The position numbers and the translations under genes were made by a program. From an uncultured archaeon (GTDB lineage: Archaea > Asgardarchaeota > Heimdallarchaeia > Heimdallarchaeales > Heimdallarchaeaceae), in contig CAZJUB010000006.1 of the NCBI GenBank assembly GCA_964549075.1, positions 8,311-72,310 on the forward strand: DNA of 64,000 nucleotides. Direction: 5' to 3'. Below the pieces are notes generated by a model. That model made no database searches. It was given only the letters and a program-made list of their open reading frames with translations, and was not told the DNA's origin. This document shows positions 46,751 through 55,954 of this stretch, in pieces (the stretch's first letter is position 1; the number at the start of each line of letters is the position of its first letter).

Positions 46751-47893
46751 TTATAAGTATCCTTTAATTAAAAGTCTGAAATAGATAAGTTTGAAGACTT
46801 TTTTGAATAATCCGAAAAGCAAAGTGCTATGTAATCCATATGCCAATGGAGGATGTGAATAATTAAAATGTAGCAACATTGATTTTCTGAAAGATGTCAC
46901 TATGAAACATATTGTCAATCCTTTGTATTTTGCTTTAGGTTCTTTTCCTTTAATTTCAGATACAAGGTTTTTAACCAAAATATTTGAAGAGAAATGAGCT
47001 ACAGCTCCAGATTTGGATACTGGTAAATCTGTTCCATCTCCTAAAGCATAGATGTACTCGTATTCTTTGTGTTTCAAAGTATATCTGTCTGTTTTTATCC
47101 ATCCTTCTTTATCACCAAGACCTGAATTAATGATAATATCGTGTCCGACATGAGGAGGTACTATTACCAAACCAGTATATTCAATTTCCTCACCTTCTAA
47201 TGAGTAAACTGTGTTTTTTTCTTTGTCTACATGATCATAATTAAAGAAGGGAGTAAATTCAATTCCTCGTTTTTCGAACAATTTCTCAACTTTTTTAGCA
47301 GGCTCTACCATTGTAAAAGCTCTTGATAGTGGGTAGAGAAATTTTATTGTTGACTTGTCTCTGAGTTTTCTCTTTCGAAGGTATTTATCTAAGAGAAAAG
47401 TGAATTCTATTGGAGCAGGTGGGCATTTGTAAGGGACTGTAGTAGGAGTAATAACAATTGTTCCTCCATTAAACTTTTGGAGTTGTTCTTTCAGTTTTTT
47501 CACTCCGTCAGGAGTGTAAAAATGACATACATTGTCTCCACAAACAGCTCTTATTTTCTCTTCAGCCATTCTTGCTCCTGTAGCTAAGACTAAGTAATCA
47601 TAATTGAGCTCTTCTCCATTTTTCAGAAGCAATTTTTTCTTATCTAGTTCAATTTTTGTAGCTTCTGTTCGTAACCAATGAACTCCTCTACCTAGTAACT
47701 TGTTTAAAGGTTTAACCAATTTCGAAAAAGGTTTGTTTGTAAAAGGCCAAAAAACAAAATCTGGTTCGTAGACATTTTCTTCTTTAGGTTCAATAAGTAT
47801 AACTTTTGAATCAAGTCTTTTAGTTTTTCTTGCTAAATGATTGGCAGTAGCAATACCTGAAAATCCTCCACCAAGAACTACAATTTTCTTCAT
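46751..47893 (-). CDS. FAD-dependent pyridine-nucleotide-disulfide oxidoreductase, sulfide:quinone-oxidoreductase-like
   Basis: 380 aa with an N-terminal KKIVVLGGGFSGIATA dinucleotide fold, YKCPPAPIEF, ALGDGTDLPVSKSG, and an amphipathic C-terminal tail. Confidence 0.8.
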   Translation of the reverse strand: MKKIVVLGGGFSGIATANHLARKTKRLDSKVILIEPKEENVYEPDFVFWPFTNKPFSKLVKPLNKLLGRGVHWLRTEATKIELDKKKLLLKNGEELNYDYLVLATGARMAEEKIRAVCGDNVCHFYTPDGVKKLKEQLQKFNGGTIVITPTTVPYKCPPAPIEFTFLLDKYLRKRKLRDKSTIKFLYPLSRAFTMVEPAKKVEKLFEKRGIEFTPFFNYDHVDKEKNTVYSLEGEEIEYTGLVIVPPHVGHDIIINSGLGDKEGWIKTDRYTLKHKEYEYIYALGDGTDLPVSKSGAVAHFSSNILVKNLVSEIKGKEPKAKYKGLTICFIVTSFRKSMLLHFNYSHPPLAYGLHSTLLFGLFKKVFKLIYFRLLIKGYL

Positions 47894-47902
47894 TTATATA
47901 CC

Positions 47903-48142
47903 TCAGCGGAGTTTCTTGATAATATAACGATCATAACCGTCTTCATAGATTATCTCAATAAGTTCATGTTGAGCTTTTTTCAACCATGCAGGTACATCAT
48001 TTCGAGTACCTTCATCTGAACTTAAGAGGGCAAGAATGTCTCCTACCTCAGCTTGTCTAATAGCTTTGATAAGTTCCATCATAGGTCCAGGACAAAAAGT
48101 ACCACGAGCATCAACTTCTATAGCATTATCGTATTCAGTCAT
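47903..48142 (-). CDS. tusA: TusA/SirA-family sulfurtransferase
   Basis: 79 aa with VDARGTFCPGPMMELIKAI (CPxP motif) and LALLSSDEGTRNDVPAW. Confidence 0.85.
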   Translation of the reverse strand: MTEYDNAIEVDARGTFCPGPMMELIKAIRQAEVGDILALLSSDEGTRNDVPAWLKKAQHELIEIIYEDGYDRYIIKKLR

Positions 48143-48307
48143 AATTCACACTTGCTTTCGATTATGACACAGATATGCACAACCCGTTTTTAAGGCTTTT
48201 TCTCTGGCTAAAAATTTTAGAAAGAAAAAGAGGCTTTACAGAAATATTCATCTTTTGTGCAGTTAAGACTAGTGAGATTTATTAAGGGATGCAATAACCT
48301 TTTGATA

Positions 48308-49975
48308 ATGAGAAGAAAAGCATCAGCTTTGATTTTGCTATTCATTCTATTAAATTTTCAATTTATGAATGATATAATTAATTCTTCACCGGCTTTTAGA
48401 GAAAAACTTCAAGGTGATGAACAATATGTTTGGTTTTGGCATGAATTAGCTGATGCTCCTGGTCCAATCAATGGGGAGGATGTTGTATATTGGGGAGAGG
48501 ATCTTGGTCCTTATCATAATTATACAGAGATGACCTCCAAATTATTCCTCTTAAGCTCCTTCTATCCTGAATTAGTTGATGTTTTTTCTATAGGACAAAC
48601 TTATCGAGGTAGAGAGATATGGTGTGTGCGTATTACAAATAAGACTATTACAACTGCAAAAACTGAGTATTATATTGTTGGTGCTCATCATGCACGAGAA
48701 ATGATTTCTGTAGAAACTTGTTTATATTTTATTGACTATCTTGTCTATTATTCTTCTTTTGGCATGTTTGACAATTTATTATCAAAATCAGAAATTTATG
48801 TTGTCCCGATGCTGAATCCAGATGGTTTATCCATAATGTATTTCTTTCCAGAACAAAGGAAGAATCTCGATCCTATAGATGATGACAACGATGGTGTGAA
48901 TGACACTAACGGTGACGGTTTTCTGGATGATGAGCTTGAGAGAACCTATTATTGGGACTATCTAACCAATACTTCAGCGATAAGAGAACATGATGATGAT
49001 GGAGATCTGCAAATTGCAGAAGATCTTCCTGGAGGTGTTGACCTTAATCGTAATTATGGCGCTTACTGGAATGGTACAGGTTCTTCAACAATCAAAATCG
49101 ATCCTACTTATAGAGGAGAATCACCTTTTAGTGAGTTAGAAACTCAAGCTATGAGAGAATTTATGCGAGAACATTCTTTCAATTTTGCGGTGAGTCTTCA
49201 TAGTGGGATTAAAGCGATTATCCCTCCATGGGCTCATAATGGAACCTTGCCTTATAAAGATAAAACTGAGTATAATGCTCTTTTAGGGGAGCTCAAAACA
49301 ACTCTTTCTTACCCTCTTTGGAATGAGTCAGGTATGTATACTTCTAATGGCGCGTGGGACGATTATTGTTATGCAAACCATGATATTACTAGTTTTACGT
49401 TTGAAGTTTATGGATCCACTTGGACTGGCTCTTGGTTTGACTATTATAATCCTGCTGGATCAGGAATACTTTCTGTATGCGAACAAGTCTATGATGGTCT
49501 TATCTACATGGCTAATGAACCCAGGTTAACTTATTCTAACAATTTACCAAGTATAGAAGTTTCTAATCCTTCAAGAGTTAATCAAGTTTTTGAAAATTAC
49601 ACTATTAGATGGACTATGTCAGATGCTGATGATGATTCTCTTAATTGCTCAGTTTTTGCTTCAACAAATGGATTGAATTGGGATGTTATTGCGACTAACA
49701 TTATTGATGAGTCTTCATATTTCTGGGATGTGCAAGATGTTTCACCAGGTTCTTATTATATCAAAGTAGCTGTTTCTGATGGTAAGGATTGGATAGCTGA
49801 TACAAATGAAATCAAACTAAATGTCAATCAAGAAGTAGAAAGTTCTAGATTTGCTTTCTGGATTTTAGCTTCTATTTTTGGAGGTCTAGCAGCAATTTAT
49901 CTGTTTTTCAATATTCGAAAATCAAAGGGAATAAGTAAAGTCTGGGGACCAGAACCTTATGATGAAAAGGAATAA
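48308..49975 (+). CDS. Membrane-anchored M14-family zinc carboxypeptidase
   Basis: It has YHNYTEMTSKLFLL..YPELV...IGQTYRGREIW and the zinc motif GAHHAREMIS (HxxE), followed by VDLNRNY. A D-rich Ca-loop-like insert (DDDNDGVNDTNGDGFLDDE) is present. There is an N-terminal signal/TM helix (start placed at M18 of the track ORF) and a C-terminal TM helix. Confidence 0.85.
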   Translation: MRRKASALILLFILLNFQFMNDIINSSPAFREKLQGDEQYVWFWHELADAPGPINGEDVVYWGEDLGPYHNYTEMTSKLFLLSSFYPELVDVFSIGQTYRGREIWCVRITNKTITTAKTEYYIVGAHHAREMISVETCLYFIDYLVYYSSFGMFDNLLSKSEIYVVPMLNPDGLSIMYFFPEQRKNLDPIDDDNDGVNDTNGDGFLDDELERTYYWDYLTNTSAIREHDDDGDLQIAEDLPGGVDLNRNYGAYWNGTGSSTIKIDPTYRGESPFSELETQAMREFMREHSFNFAVSLHSGIKAIIPPWAHNGTLPYKDKTEYNALLGELKTTLSYPLWNESGMYTSNGAWDDYCYANHDITSFTFEVYGSTWTGSWFDYYNPAGSGILSVCEQVYDGLIYMANEPRLTYSNNLPSIEVSNPSRVNQVFENYTIRWTMSDADDDSLNCSVFASTNGLNWDVIATNIIDESSYFWDVQDVSPGSYYIKVAVSDGKDWIADTNEIKLNVNQEVESSRFAFWILASIFGGLAAIYLFFNIRKSKGISKVWGPEPYDEKE

Positions 49976-50076
49976 AATGAATTAGACTCAGAAAGATTAC
50001 CTGAACAACAACTGTAACAAGTTTTTTAAAACAAAGAAGGTTATATAATTATTAGGAATGGTACGGGGGTACGATT

Positions 50077-51225
50077 GTGATAGACCCAGTTTATGTTATA
50101 CTAAAGTATGTTGTTGCAGGTGCATTGTTTGTAGGCGGCTTTAGTGCTATTTACTGGGGGAGAAAAAGGCAAAATCCATTCTATTTATTTTGGTCGTTGT
50201 TTCTGATTGCATATGGTATTTTTCAAATCGTTGACGGATTAAATTACCATTTTGGAGTAATAGACAAATTTTACGGTAATTCATCGAGTACTGTTGTGCC
50301 AACAGATTTTCTTCTATTTAGAATACTTATGGTAACTCAAGCTATAGCTTTCATATTGTTGTTTGCTGCGAGTCTGGAGCAATCAATGCTTGTTCCTCCT
50401 AGAGCTAGCAGGATAGTTGCTGCAAGTTTGACTGTTCTTGTATTGTATTTTGTTGTTATCCCTCTTGATGATACTGTCTTAATGTTCGGTTCTTTAGAAA
50501 TTCAGATTTATAGTGTTCTTACAACCGAATTTTATGGTTTTATCTTTGGTTTTATAGTGCTTTGTAGTGCTTTATTACTGATTGTTGTAGTCGTACGATA
50601 TGCTAAAATGTATATTGCATCAAACAATAGACGTATCTTCTGGAAAATGATTATCACTATCTTATTAGCAATATTGTTGATTGGGTTAGCATTCTTAACA
50701 ACAGTAAAACGCAAAGTTAGTGCGAATGGAATGAATCCGGAATCTTTTGCAATATTTGAAATTGTTTACTCCTTTGTAGTTGTATCAGTTGTTTCTATCT
50801 ACCAAAGCCAATCTGTATCTCATGGTATTGAGACAATCTTAATAGTTGATAAAGAAGGAAATCCGCTTTTAGGATATTCACCATTTAAAAAGAAAGTAAT
50901 TTCCTTTGAAGAAAAAATCATAGCTGCTTCAGGATATTTGGCTGGTTTATTTCATTTTATTCATGATTATGTTGCTACTGCCTCAGATGAAGAATTTAAA
51001 GAAATAAAAACTACAGCTTCAACTTTATCGTTTTATTCTGGTGAAAAGGTTTTTATGATACTACAGTCGAAAATTTCAGGCAATTTAGTGGATAAAAGCA
51101 CAAAACTTTCTATTTCGGAAATTGACAACATATTAACAGATTTTCAAGCAAATAAGATGCCATCCGAAGATCAAATTCAACAAATTATTGAGATTCTGAA
51201 CAAAAACTTCTATCTCATTTCATGA
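50077..51225 (+). CDS. Polytopic (about seven TM) membrane protein with a cytoplasmic roadblock/longin-like C-terminal domain
   Basis: GTG start preceded by GGGGGT. I count about seven hydrophobic helices by eye. The C-terminal ~130 aa (GIETILIVDKEGNPLLGYSP...IIAASGYLAGLFHFI...LSFYSGEKVFMILQSK) follow the roadblock/LC7/MglB strand-helix pattern. Confidence 0.55.
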   Translation: MIDPVYVILKYVVAGALFVGGFSAIYWGRKRQNPFYLFWSLFLIAYGIFQIVDGLNYHFGVIDKFYGNSSSTVVPTDFLLFRILMVTQAIAFILLFAASLEQSMLVPPRASRIVAASLTVLVLYFVVIPLDDTVLMFGSLEIQIYSVLTTEFYGFIFGFIVLCSALLLIVVVVRYAKMYIASNNRRIFWKMIITILLAILLIGLAFLTTVKRKVSANGMNPESFAIFEIVYSFVVVSVVSIYQSQSVSHGIETILIVDKEGNPLLGYSPFKKKVISFEEKIIAASGYLAGLFHFIHDYVATASDEEFKEIKTTASTLSFYSGEKVFMILQSKISGNLVDKSTKLSISEIDNILTDFQANKMPSEDQIQQIIEILNKNFYLIS

Positions 51226-51265
51226 ATTCACTAAACTTATATCTTAGAACGATTTTATCAATATA

Positions 51266-52582
51266 ATGGCTGATATTGTTTTTGTTGTTGGAACAAGACC
51301 TGAAATCATCAAAATTGCTCCTTTGATTTTCGAAGCTGAAAGACGAGAGATCAATTATACTATTATCCATACAGGACAACATTATGATTATAATATGTCT
51401 GAACAGTTTTTTACTTCTCTCGGAATAAGAAAACCTGACTTAAATCTTAATATCAAAGAAGATGAAGCTTATGATGTCTTAGGTGAAATGATAAAGAAAC
51501 TTGGGGCAGCAATCTCTAAAATTAATCCTTCAATTGTTCTTGCATTAGGAGATACAGTTAGTGTTTTAGCTACTTGTCTCGCTTGTGTACAAAAAGAAAT
51601 ACCTTTTGGCCATCTTGAAGCGGGTCTTAGGTCATATGACTTAACAATGCCAGAAGAGAGAAATAGAAGAATAATAGATAGTATTTCGAGTTTATATTTC
51701 GCTCCATCTGAAAGAGCAGTTACTAATCTCTATTATGAAGGAATTGATCCCGAGAGAATTTTCTTTACTGGTAATACTATAGTTGATGCAATCAGGATTT
51801 TTAAAGACAGGCTGTCTATTGAAAATACTGAACAAGCAGATGAAATTCTTTCTGAAATTACTAGCAAATTCATTGTTTGTACATTTCATCGTATTTCAAA
51901 TGTAGAAAACAAGAATAATCTTGAAGAAATAGTTTCTTTTTTAGCTAATTATAGCGAAATTCCAATAATCTTTCTTATTCATCCTAGAACAAAAAAGAAG
52001 ATTATAGAAATTGGAAAATATGACTTTCTAGAAAAAAATTCTAATCTTCACATTTATGAATCTATTAACTATTTTTCTATTTTAAGAATTCTAAGTAATG
52101 AACGTTGTTTGATGATATTAACTGATTCTGGAGGTTTACAAGAGGAGGCAGCTATTCTTCATAAACCTTGTATAACTCTTCGTCCTAACACTGAAAGACC
52201 TGAAACTGTTTTATATCAAATTAATACCTTAATTCAACCAGAAGGAAAGAGTATCCTCAAGGGAATACAAAGAATATTATCTGAAGACTTTGAAAATCGA
52301 TTTAATCAATTTGGAGAACCTTATGGAAAAGGATACGCAAGTAAAAAAATATTGGAAGTTTTAGACACACATAAACATAAGTTACTGTTTGACATTCCAA
52401 TAAATCTTAAACAAGGATCTAAATCTTATCATTTACTTGAGCTAGGATCATCTATGAAGAAGACAGAAATAGAAGATCAATTTTTAAGCAAGATTACAGC
52501 TGTTTATGATGATTATGGTAATCCTGAAGTAGTTCAAGAAAAAATGAAAAAAGGAAATAGGGTTAGGATTTTGAAAGATTAA
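51266..52582 (+). CDS. wecB: UDP-N-acetylglucosamine 2-epimerase (non-hydrolysing type) with a ~70-aa C-terminal extension
   Basis: It carries VVGTRPEIIKIAPL, HTGQHYDYNMS, GDTVSVLA, EAGLRS, EERNRR and TDSGGLQEEA. Confidence 0.9.
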   Translation: MADIVFVVGTRPEIIKIAPLIFEAERREINYTIIHTGQHYDYNMSEQFFTSLGIRKPDLNLNIKEDEAYDVLGEMIKKLGAAISKINPSIVLALGDTVSVLATCLACVQKEIPFGHLEAGLRSYDLTMPEERNRRIIDSISSLYFAPSERAVTNLYYEGIDPERIFFTGNTIVDAIRIFKDRLSIENTEQADEILSEITSKFIVCTFHRISNVENKNNLEEIVSFLANYSEIPIIFLIHPRTKKKIIEIGKYDFLEKNSNLHIYESINYFSILRILSNERCLMILTDSGGLQEEAAILHKPCITLRPNTERPETVLYQINTLIQPEGKSILKGIQRILSEDFENRFNQFGEPYGKGYASKKILEVLDTHKHKLLFDIPINLKQGSKSYHLLELGSSMKKTEIEDQFLSKITAVYDDYGNPEVVQEKMKKGNRVRILKD

Positions 52583-52588
52583 GCAATC

Positions 52589-53587
52589 CTACCAATCAAT
52601 TACATCTAAAGCGTGTAGTAAAACTCTTATTGCAGCAAATGTCGCTAAGGACCAAAATCCAATTAGAATAACATCAGATTTAATTTTATGAAGGAATCGA
52701 GGAACAATATTAGCCATAATAACAGTACCAGCTGCCATTAAAATCACTATATCCCATTGAATTGAAACAGCACCTGCACCAAACATTGGCAACGATCGAG
52801 TTAGAACTGCAAAAGGAGTCGCAAATAAAATTGTAAACGTAGATGTTGCAACTGCAATTGCGGCTGGTACACCCATAGCCATAGTTAAAATTGGTACATA
52901 AATTACTCCTCCACCTAATCCAAGAGTAGCTCCAATAAAACCTCCAATAATTGCTATGAATATTCCTGGAATCAATTTAGCTTTATACTTAAATCCAACA
53001 TCTCTTTTATCTTTAAAATCTCTATAGAGAACAGTTCTTTTCCATGCTGGTCTAGCCTCTTGTTCTTCATCACACTCAATGTTCATACAATCTTCTTCTT
53101 TATTTTCAAGATTCCCAGTCCGTTTTTTTACCCAACCCATTGCAATCGTCGTCATTTTATAGAGTGCAATTGCAATCATTGTAGCGCCAAAAATTATTTG
53201 AAAAATATCCTTATTCACATTTTGTGTAACTAACCATTTTGAAAATATTCCTCCAGATAATGCACCTGGAATTGCAAAAATCATGAATCTTATTGCAACT
53301 TGGTAATCTATTCGCTTCTCTCGTATATATGAAATAGAACCACTTAGAGCAGTGAAAACTATAACACCTAAAGATGTTGCACTAGCAGTACTTCCTAATA
53401 AACTTGGATTCGCATCTACAGCTTCTTGTCCTCCTACCTTATCGATCAACAAACCCTCAAATGCTATTAATAAGATTGGTACATTCAACAATCCACCTCC
53501 AATACCAAAAGTTGGAGAGACTGCTCCGGAAAGTAAACCTGCGGCAAATAAAGCTAAATAATGCCACCATACAAAATACTCAAACAT
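52589..53587 (-). CDS. TauE/SafE (TSUP, DUF81) family anion exporter
   Basis: 332 aa with two membrane halves, each carrying a G(I/L)GGG(L/V)..VPIL motif. They are separated by a charged cytoplasmic loop. Confidence 0.85.
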   Translation of the reverse strand: MFEYFVWWHYLALFAAGLLSGAVSPTFGIGGGLLNVPILLIAFEGLLIDKVGGQEAVDANPSLLGSTASATSLGVIVFTALSGSISYIREKRIDYQVAIRFMIFAIPGALSGGIFSKWLVTQNVNKDIFQIIFGATMIAIALYKMTTIAMGWVKKRTGNLENKEEDCMNIECDEEQEARPAWKRTVLYRDFKDKRDVGFKYKAKLIPGIFIAIIGGFIGATLGLGGGVIYVPILTMAMGVPAAIAVATSTFTILFATPFAVLTRSLPMFGAGAVSIQWDIVILMAAGTVIMANIVPRFLHKIKSDVILIGFWSLATFAAIRVLLHALDVIDW

Positions 53588-53649
53588 ATAATCATCTAGT
53601 TTTCTTTAACACATTTTAATTCGGTTATTTAAAACTTTAATGTAAGAAC

Positions 53650-53680
53650 AAACAATTTCACAACAAAGGAGAAATTGTTT
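53650..53680. promoter_or_regulatory. Perfect 10-bp inverted repeat (aaacaatttc N11 gaaattgttt) in a divergent intergenic region
   Basis: Read directly from the sequence: arms at 53650..53659 and 53671..53680. It ends 27 nt upstream of the ATG at 53707. Confidence 0.35.
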
Positions 53681-53706
53681 TAAACATCCATTTTAAACAA
53701 ACTATA

Positions 53707-54564
53707 ATGAATACGGAAAAAGAGGAGTCAATAGCAGAACATTTTCTTTCACTTATAGACAAAAAATCTATATGGGAATTAGAGATTATATCCTCTATTC
53801 TAAACATTCATCCAGAAGATTTAGCTGAATTTGTACAACAATTTCCTATGGCATATGGATTGTCGATTCAGGGAAAAAGATTGTATGTCACTCATGAATT
53901 AGTCATTGATGTTTTGGATGAGGTGAAACAGAGGTTTATTGATTGGTACCAAAGTTTTGCACCTCGAGAATATTCACAAGCTAAAAGAGCAGAAGAAATT
54001 AAAAAAGAATATTTTATTGAAGATAAACCTGAGAGAATCTCCCCAAAGATAAAAATAAGTATTTATGGTAACAACTACGTTATTGAGGATGTTCTTAACA
54101 AGTACCTAGTAAGAGAAGGATTATTCCCTTCTTTCCAATTTACAGGAGGTTACGAACCCTTTGATTTCCAAAAAACTATCGGAAATGAGATATATAATTG
54201 TCAGTTTTTAATAATTGATTATAGAAGAGATTTGCTATCTCTTGCTCCACTGTTATTTGAAATGCCAGAAGCGTTTGTATTCATTTTTGATCCTCTAGAC
54301 AAACTTCAGATTGATAGACTTGTTAAAATGATTCAAACTCTCATTTCAAAAAGGAAGAAAGAAATCCTTGTATCATTTCTTGCAATAGTAGATACCGATA
54401 TTCAAACTTCAGAATTAGATGAAATTTCAAGTACTTTATCTCAATTGGTTGAATATATGGAAGAACTTCCTATTTTCAAGGTTTCCTTTGCTATCTTATC
54501 TTCAGATTCACAAACTGAAAGGAAAATGAATGATCTAATTCAAACAGCTAAGATGACTTTTTAG
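53707..54564 (+). CDS. Winged-helix-like N-terminus fused to a Ras-fold pseudo-GTPase domain lacking all nucleotide-binding motifs
   Basis: The C-terminal ~170 aa align position-by-position with the small-GTPase topology. KISIYGNNYVIED replaces GxxxxGK(S/T), FLIIDYRRD replaces DxxG, AFVFIFDPLD is the strand-4 equivalent, LAIVDTD replaces NKxD and VSFAILSS replaces SAK. Confidence 0.5.
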   Translation: MNTEKEESIAEHFLSLIDKKSIWELEIISSILNIHPEDLAEFVQQFPMAYGLSIQGKRLYVTHELVIDVLDEVKQRFIDWYQSFAPREYSQAKRAEEIKKEYFIEDKPERISPKIKISIYGNNYVIEDVLNKYLVREGLFPSFQFTGGYEPFDFQKTIGNEIYNCQFLIIDYRRDLLSLAPLLFEMPEAFVFIFDPLDKLQIDRLVKMIQTLISKRKKEILVSFLAIVDTDIQTSELDEISSTLSQLVEYMEELPIFKVSFAILSSDSQTERKMNDLIQTAKMTF

Positions 54565-55276
54565 TTTTCTTCACTGAGCTTTGATTTTTTTTCTCTTGTG
54601 CTTCTTTTAACACTTCTTCTAATGCTTCTGATAATTTTGGATAAGTCCTGAAAGAACTATACAAAGGATAATAACCTGCACCTAATCCTATGATTGATAA
54701 AGCTATAGTAGCTATCCCTAGGTAAATAAAAACTGTGCCTATAACACTTGAAATAAATCCCCCAACTGTCAGAAAAATGATCCCAAGTGATTGAACTAAA
54801 TATGAAATAAGAATGAAAATATTAGGATATTTTGATATGATTTTCCTGAAGTAATGTTCTTTAAGATCCTTTCTGAACAAATAAAATCCTAAAGCGATTA
54901 ATGGTTCTGTTATAATTAGAAGAATAATTCCAATAATTGTAAATATAAACACAACTACACCTTGTTCTTGAAATACTTCAGAAACCATCATAATGACTGT
55001 AGAAATAAGCAAGGAAACTATTCCTGCAACTATGAAAATGACTGCTTTTTTCGAATGTTTCCAATCAACAATAGGATCATAAGTTAGGTTATAAATTCCC
55101 CAACATAATCCAAGATAACCTAACAGAATTGGAATTAGTAGAATGTGCTGAGGTATCCATCCAGGTAACAATAAATCGATAAAACCTCTCGTTAAAACAG
55201 CAAGCAAAATATAAAATATATAAATCATAATTAAGCTGTTTGTTATCATTTTGGAATATTGCTGACGATTAAACAC
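54548..55276 (-). CDS. Polytopic membrane protein, paralog 3 of a tandem triad
   Basis: 242 aa, about six TM helices, with a basic C-terminal tail. It shares the mid-protein motif (GFYLFRKDLKEHYFRK) and overall layout with the two upstream genes. Confidence 0.6.
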   Translation of the reverse strand: MFNRQQYSKMITNSLIMIYIFYILLAVLTRGFIDLLLPGWIPQHILLIPILLGYLGLCWGIYNLTYDPIVDWKHSKKAVIFIVAGIVSLLISTVIMMVSEVFQEQGVVVFIFTIIGIILLIITEPLIALGFYLFRKDLKEHYFRKIISKYPNIFILISYLVQSLGIIFLTVGGFISSVIGTVFIYLGIATIALSIIGLGAGYYPLYSSFRTYPKLSEALEEVLKEAQEKKNQSSVKKTKKSS

Positions 55277-55945
55277 TTATTCACCTTCATTAAATTCATC
55301 GAGTTCTTGATGATAACTCCAGTTTTGCAAAAGCTTCATGGTTGAAGCTAATCCAAAGAATCCTAAAATGATAAGAAAAGATGCAAATAAATAATCATAA
55401 AGAGCAAGATTTTCTAGCCAAATCTGAGAACTTGAAACGCCTATATAACCTCCATACCATCCAATTATTTGTGAAATAATGTTTACAAGAAAACCTAGTG
55501 CAAGAAAATATTGTCCTTTCCTTTCAATATAGTCATTTTTAGCTAGTTTATCAATGTCAAATTTAAGAAATAGAAAACCTATTACGAGAGTTAGAACATA
55601 AATAATTAATAATGTGAGATTAAGATAAGCTAACGGGTAAGAAGACCATTCTCCTTTAAAGGAACTCCAAGAAAATATAATATTTATAATATCCAGACCT
55701 GCAGCTATAAAAAGAAAAACTGGAGCAATTGACCATTTTGTGTAATTATCCAGCTCTTTACCAAGTCTAATTAATCCGATCCCAAAGAGTATTAGAGCAC
55801 AATCAAAAGCTACATCTGCGATTAAAACCATCTCTGGAAAATCAACAGCTATTATTGTAACTGCTGCTACTCTGATCATCTGAATAATAGTAAGAATCCA
55901 AGCAGAATAAAATAGATGTTTAGTGATATCTGTAAGATTATTCAC
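55277..55945 (-). CDS. Polytopic membrane protein, paralog 2 of a tandem triad
   Basis: 222 aa, about six TM helices. FLFLKFDIDKLAKNDYIERKGQYFLALGFL parallels YQLKTAVDKFATERRNVYRGQMSLPMGFGFL in paralog 1. Its stop directly abuts the next gene's start (0 nt gap). Confidence 0.6.
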   Translation of the reverse strand: MNNLTDITKHLFYSAWILTIIQMIRVAAVTIIAVDFPEMVLIADVAFDCALILFGIGLIRLGKELDNYTKWSIAPVFLFIAAGLDIINIIFSWSSFKGEWSSYPLAYLNLTLLIIYVLTLVIGFLFLKFDIDKLAKNDYIERKGQYFLALGFLVNIISQIIGWYGGYIGVSSSQIWLENLALYDYLFASFLIILGFFGLASTMKLLQNWSYHQELDEFNEGE

Positions 55946-55954
55946 ACTAAAAAC

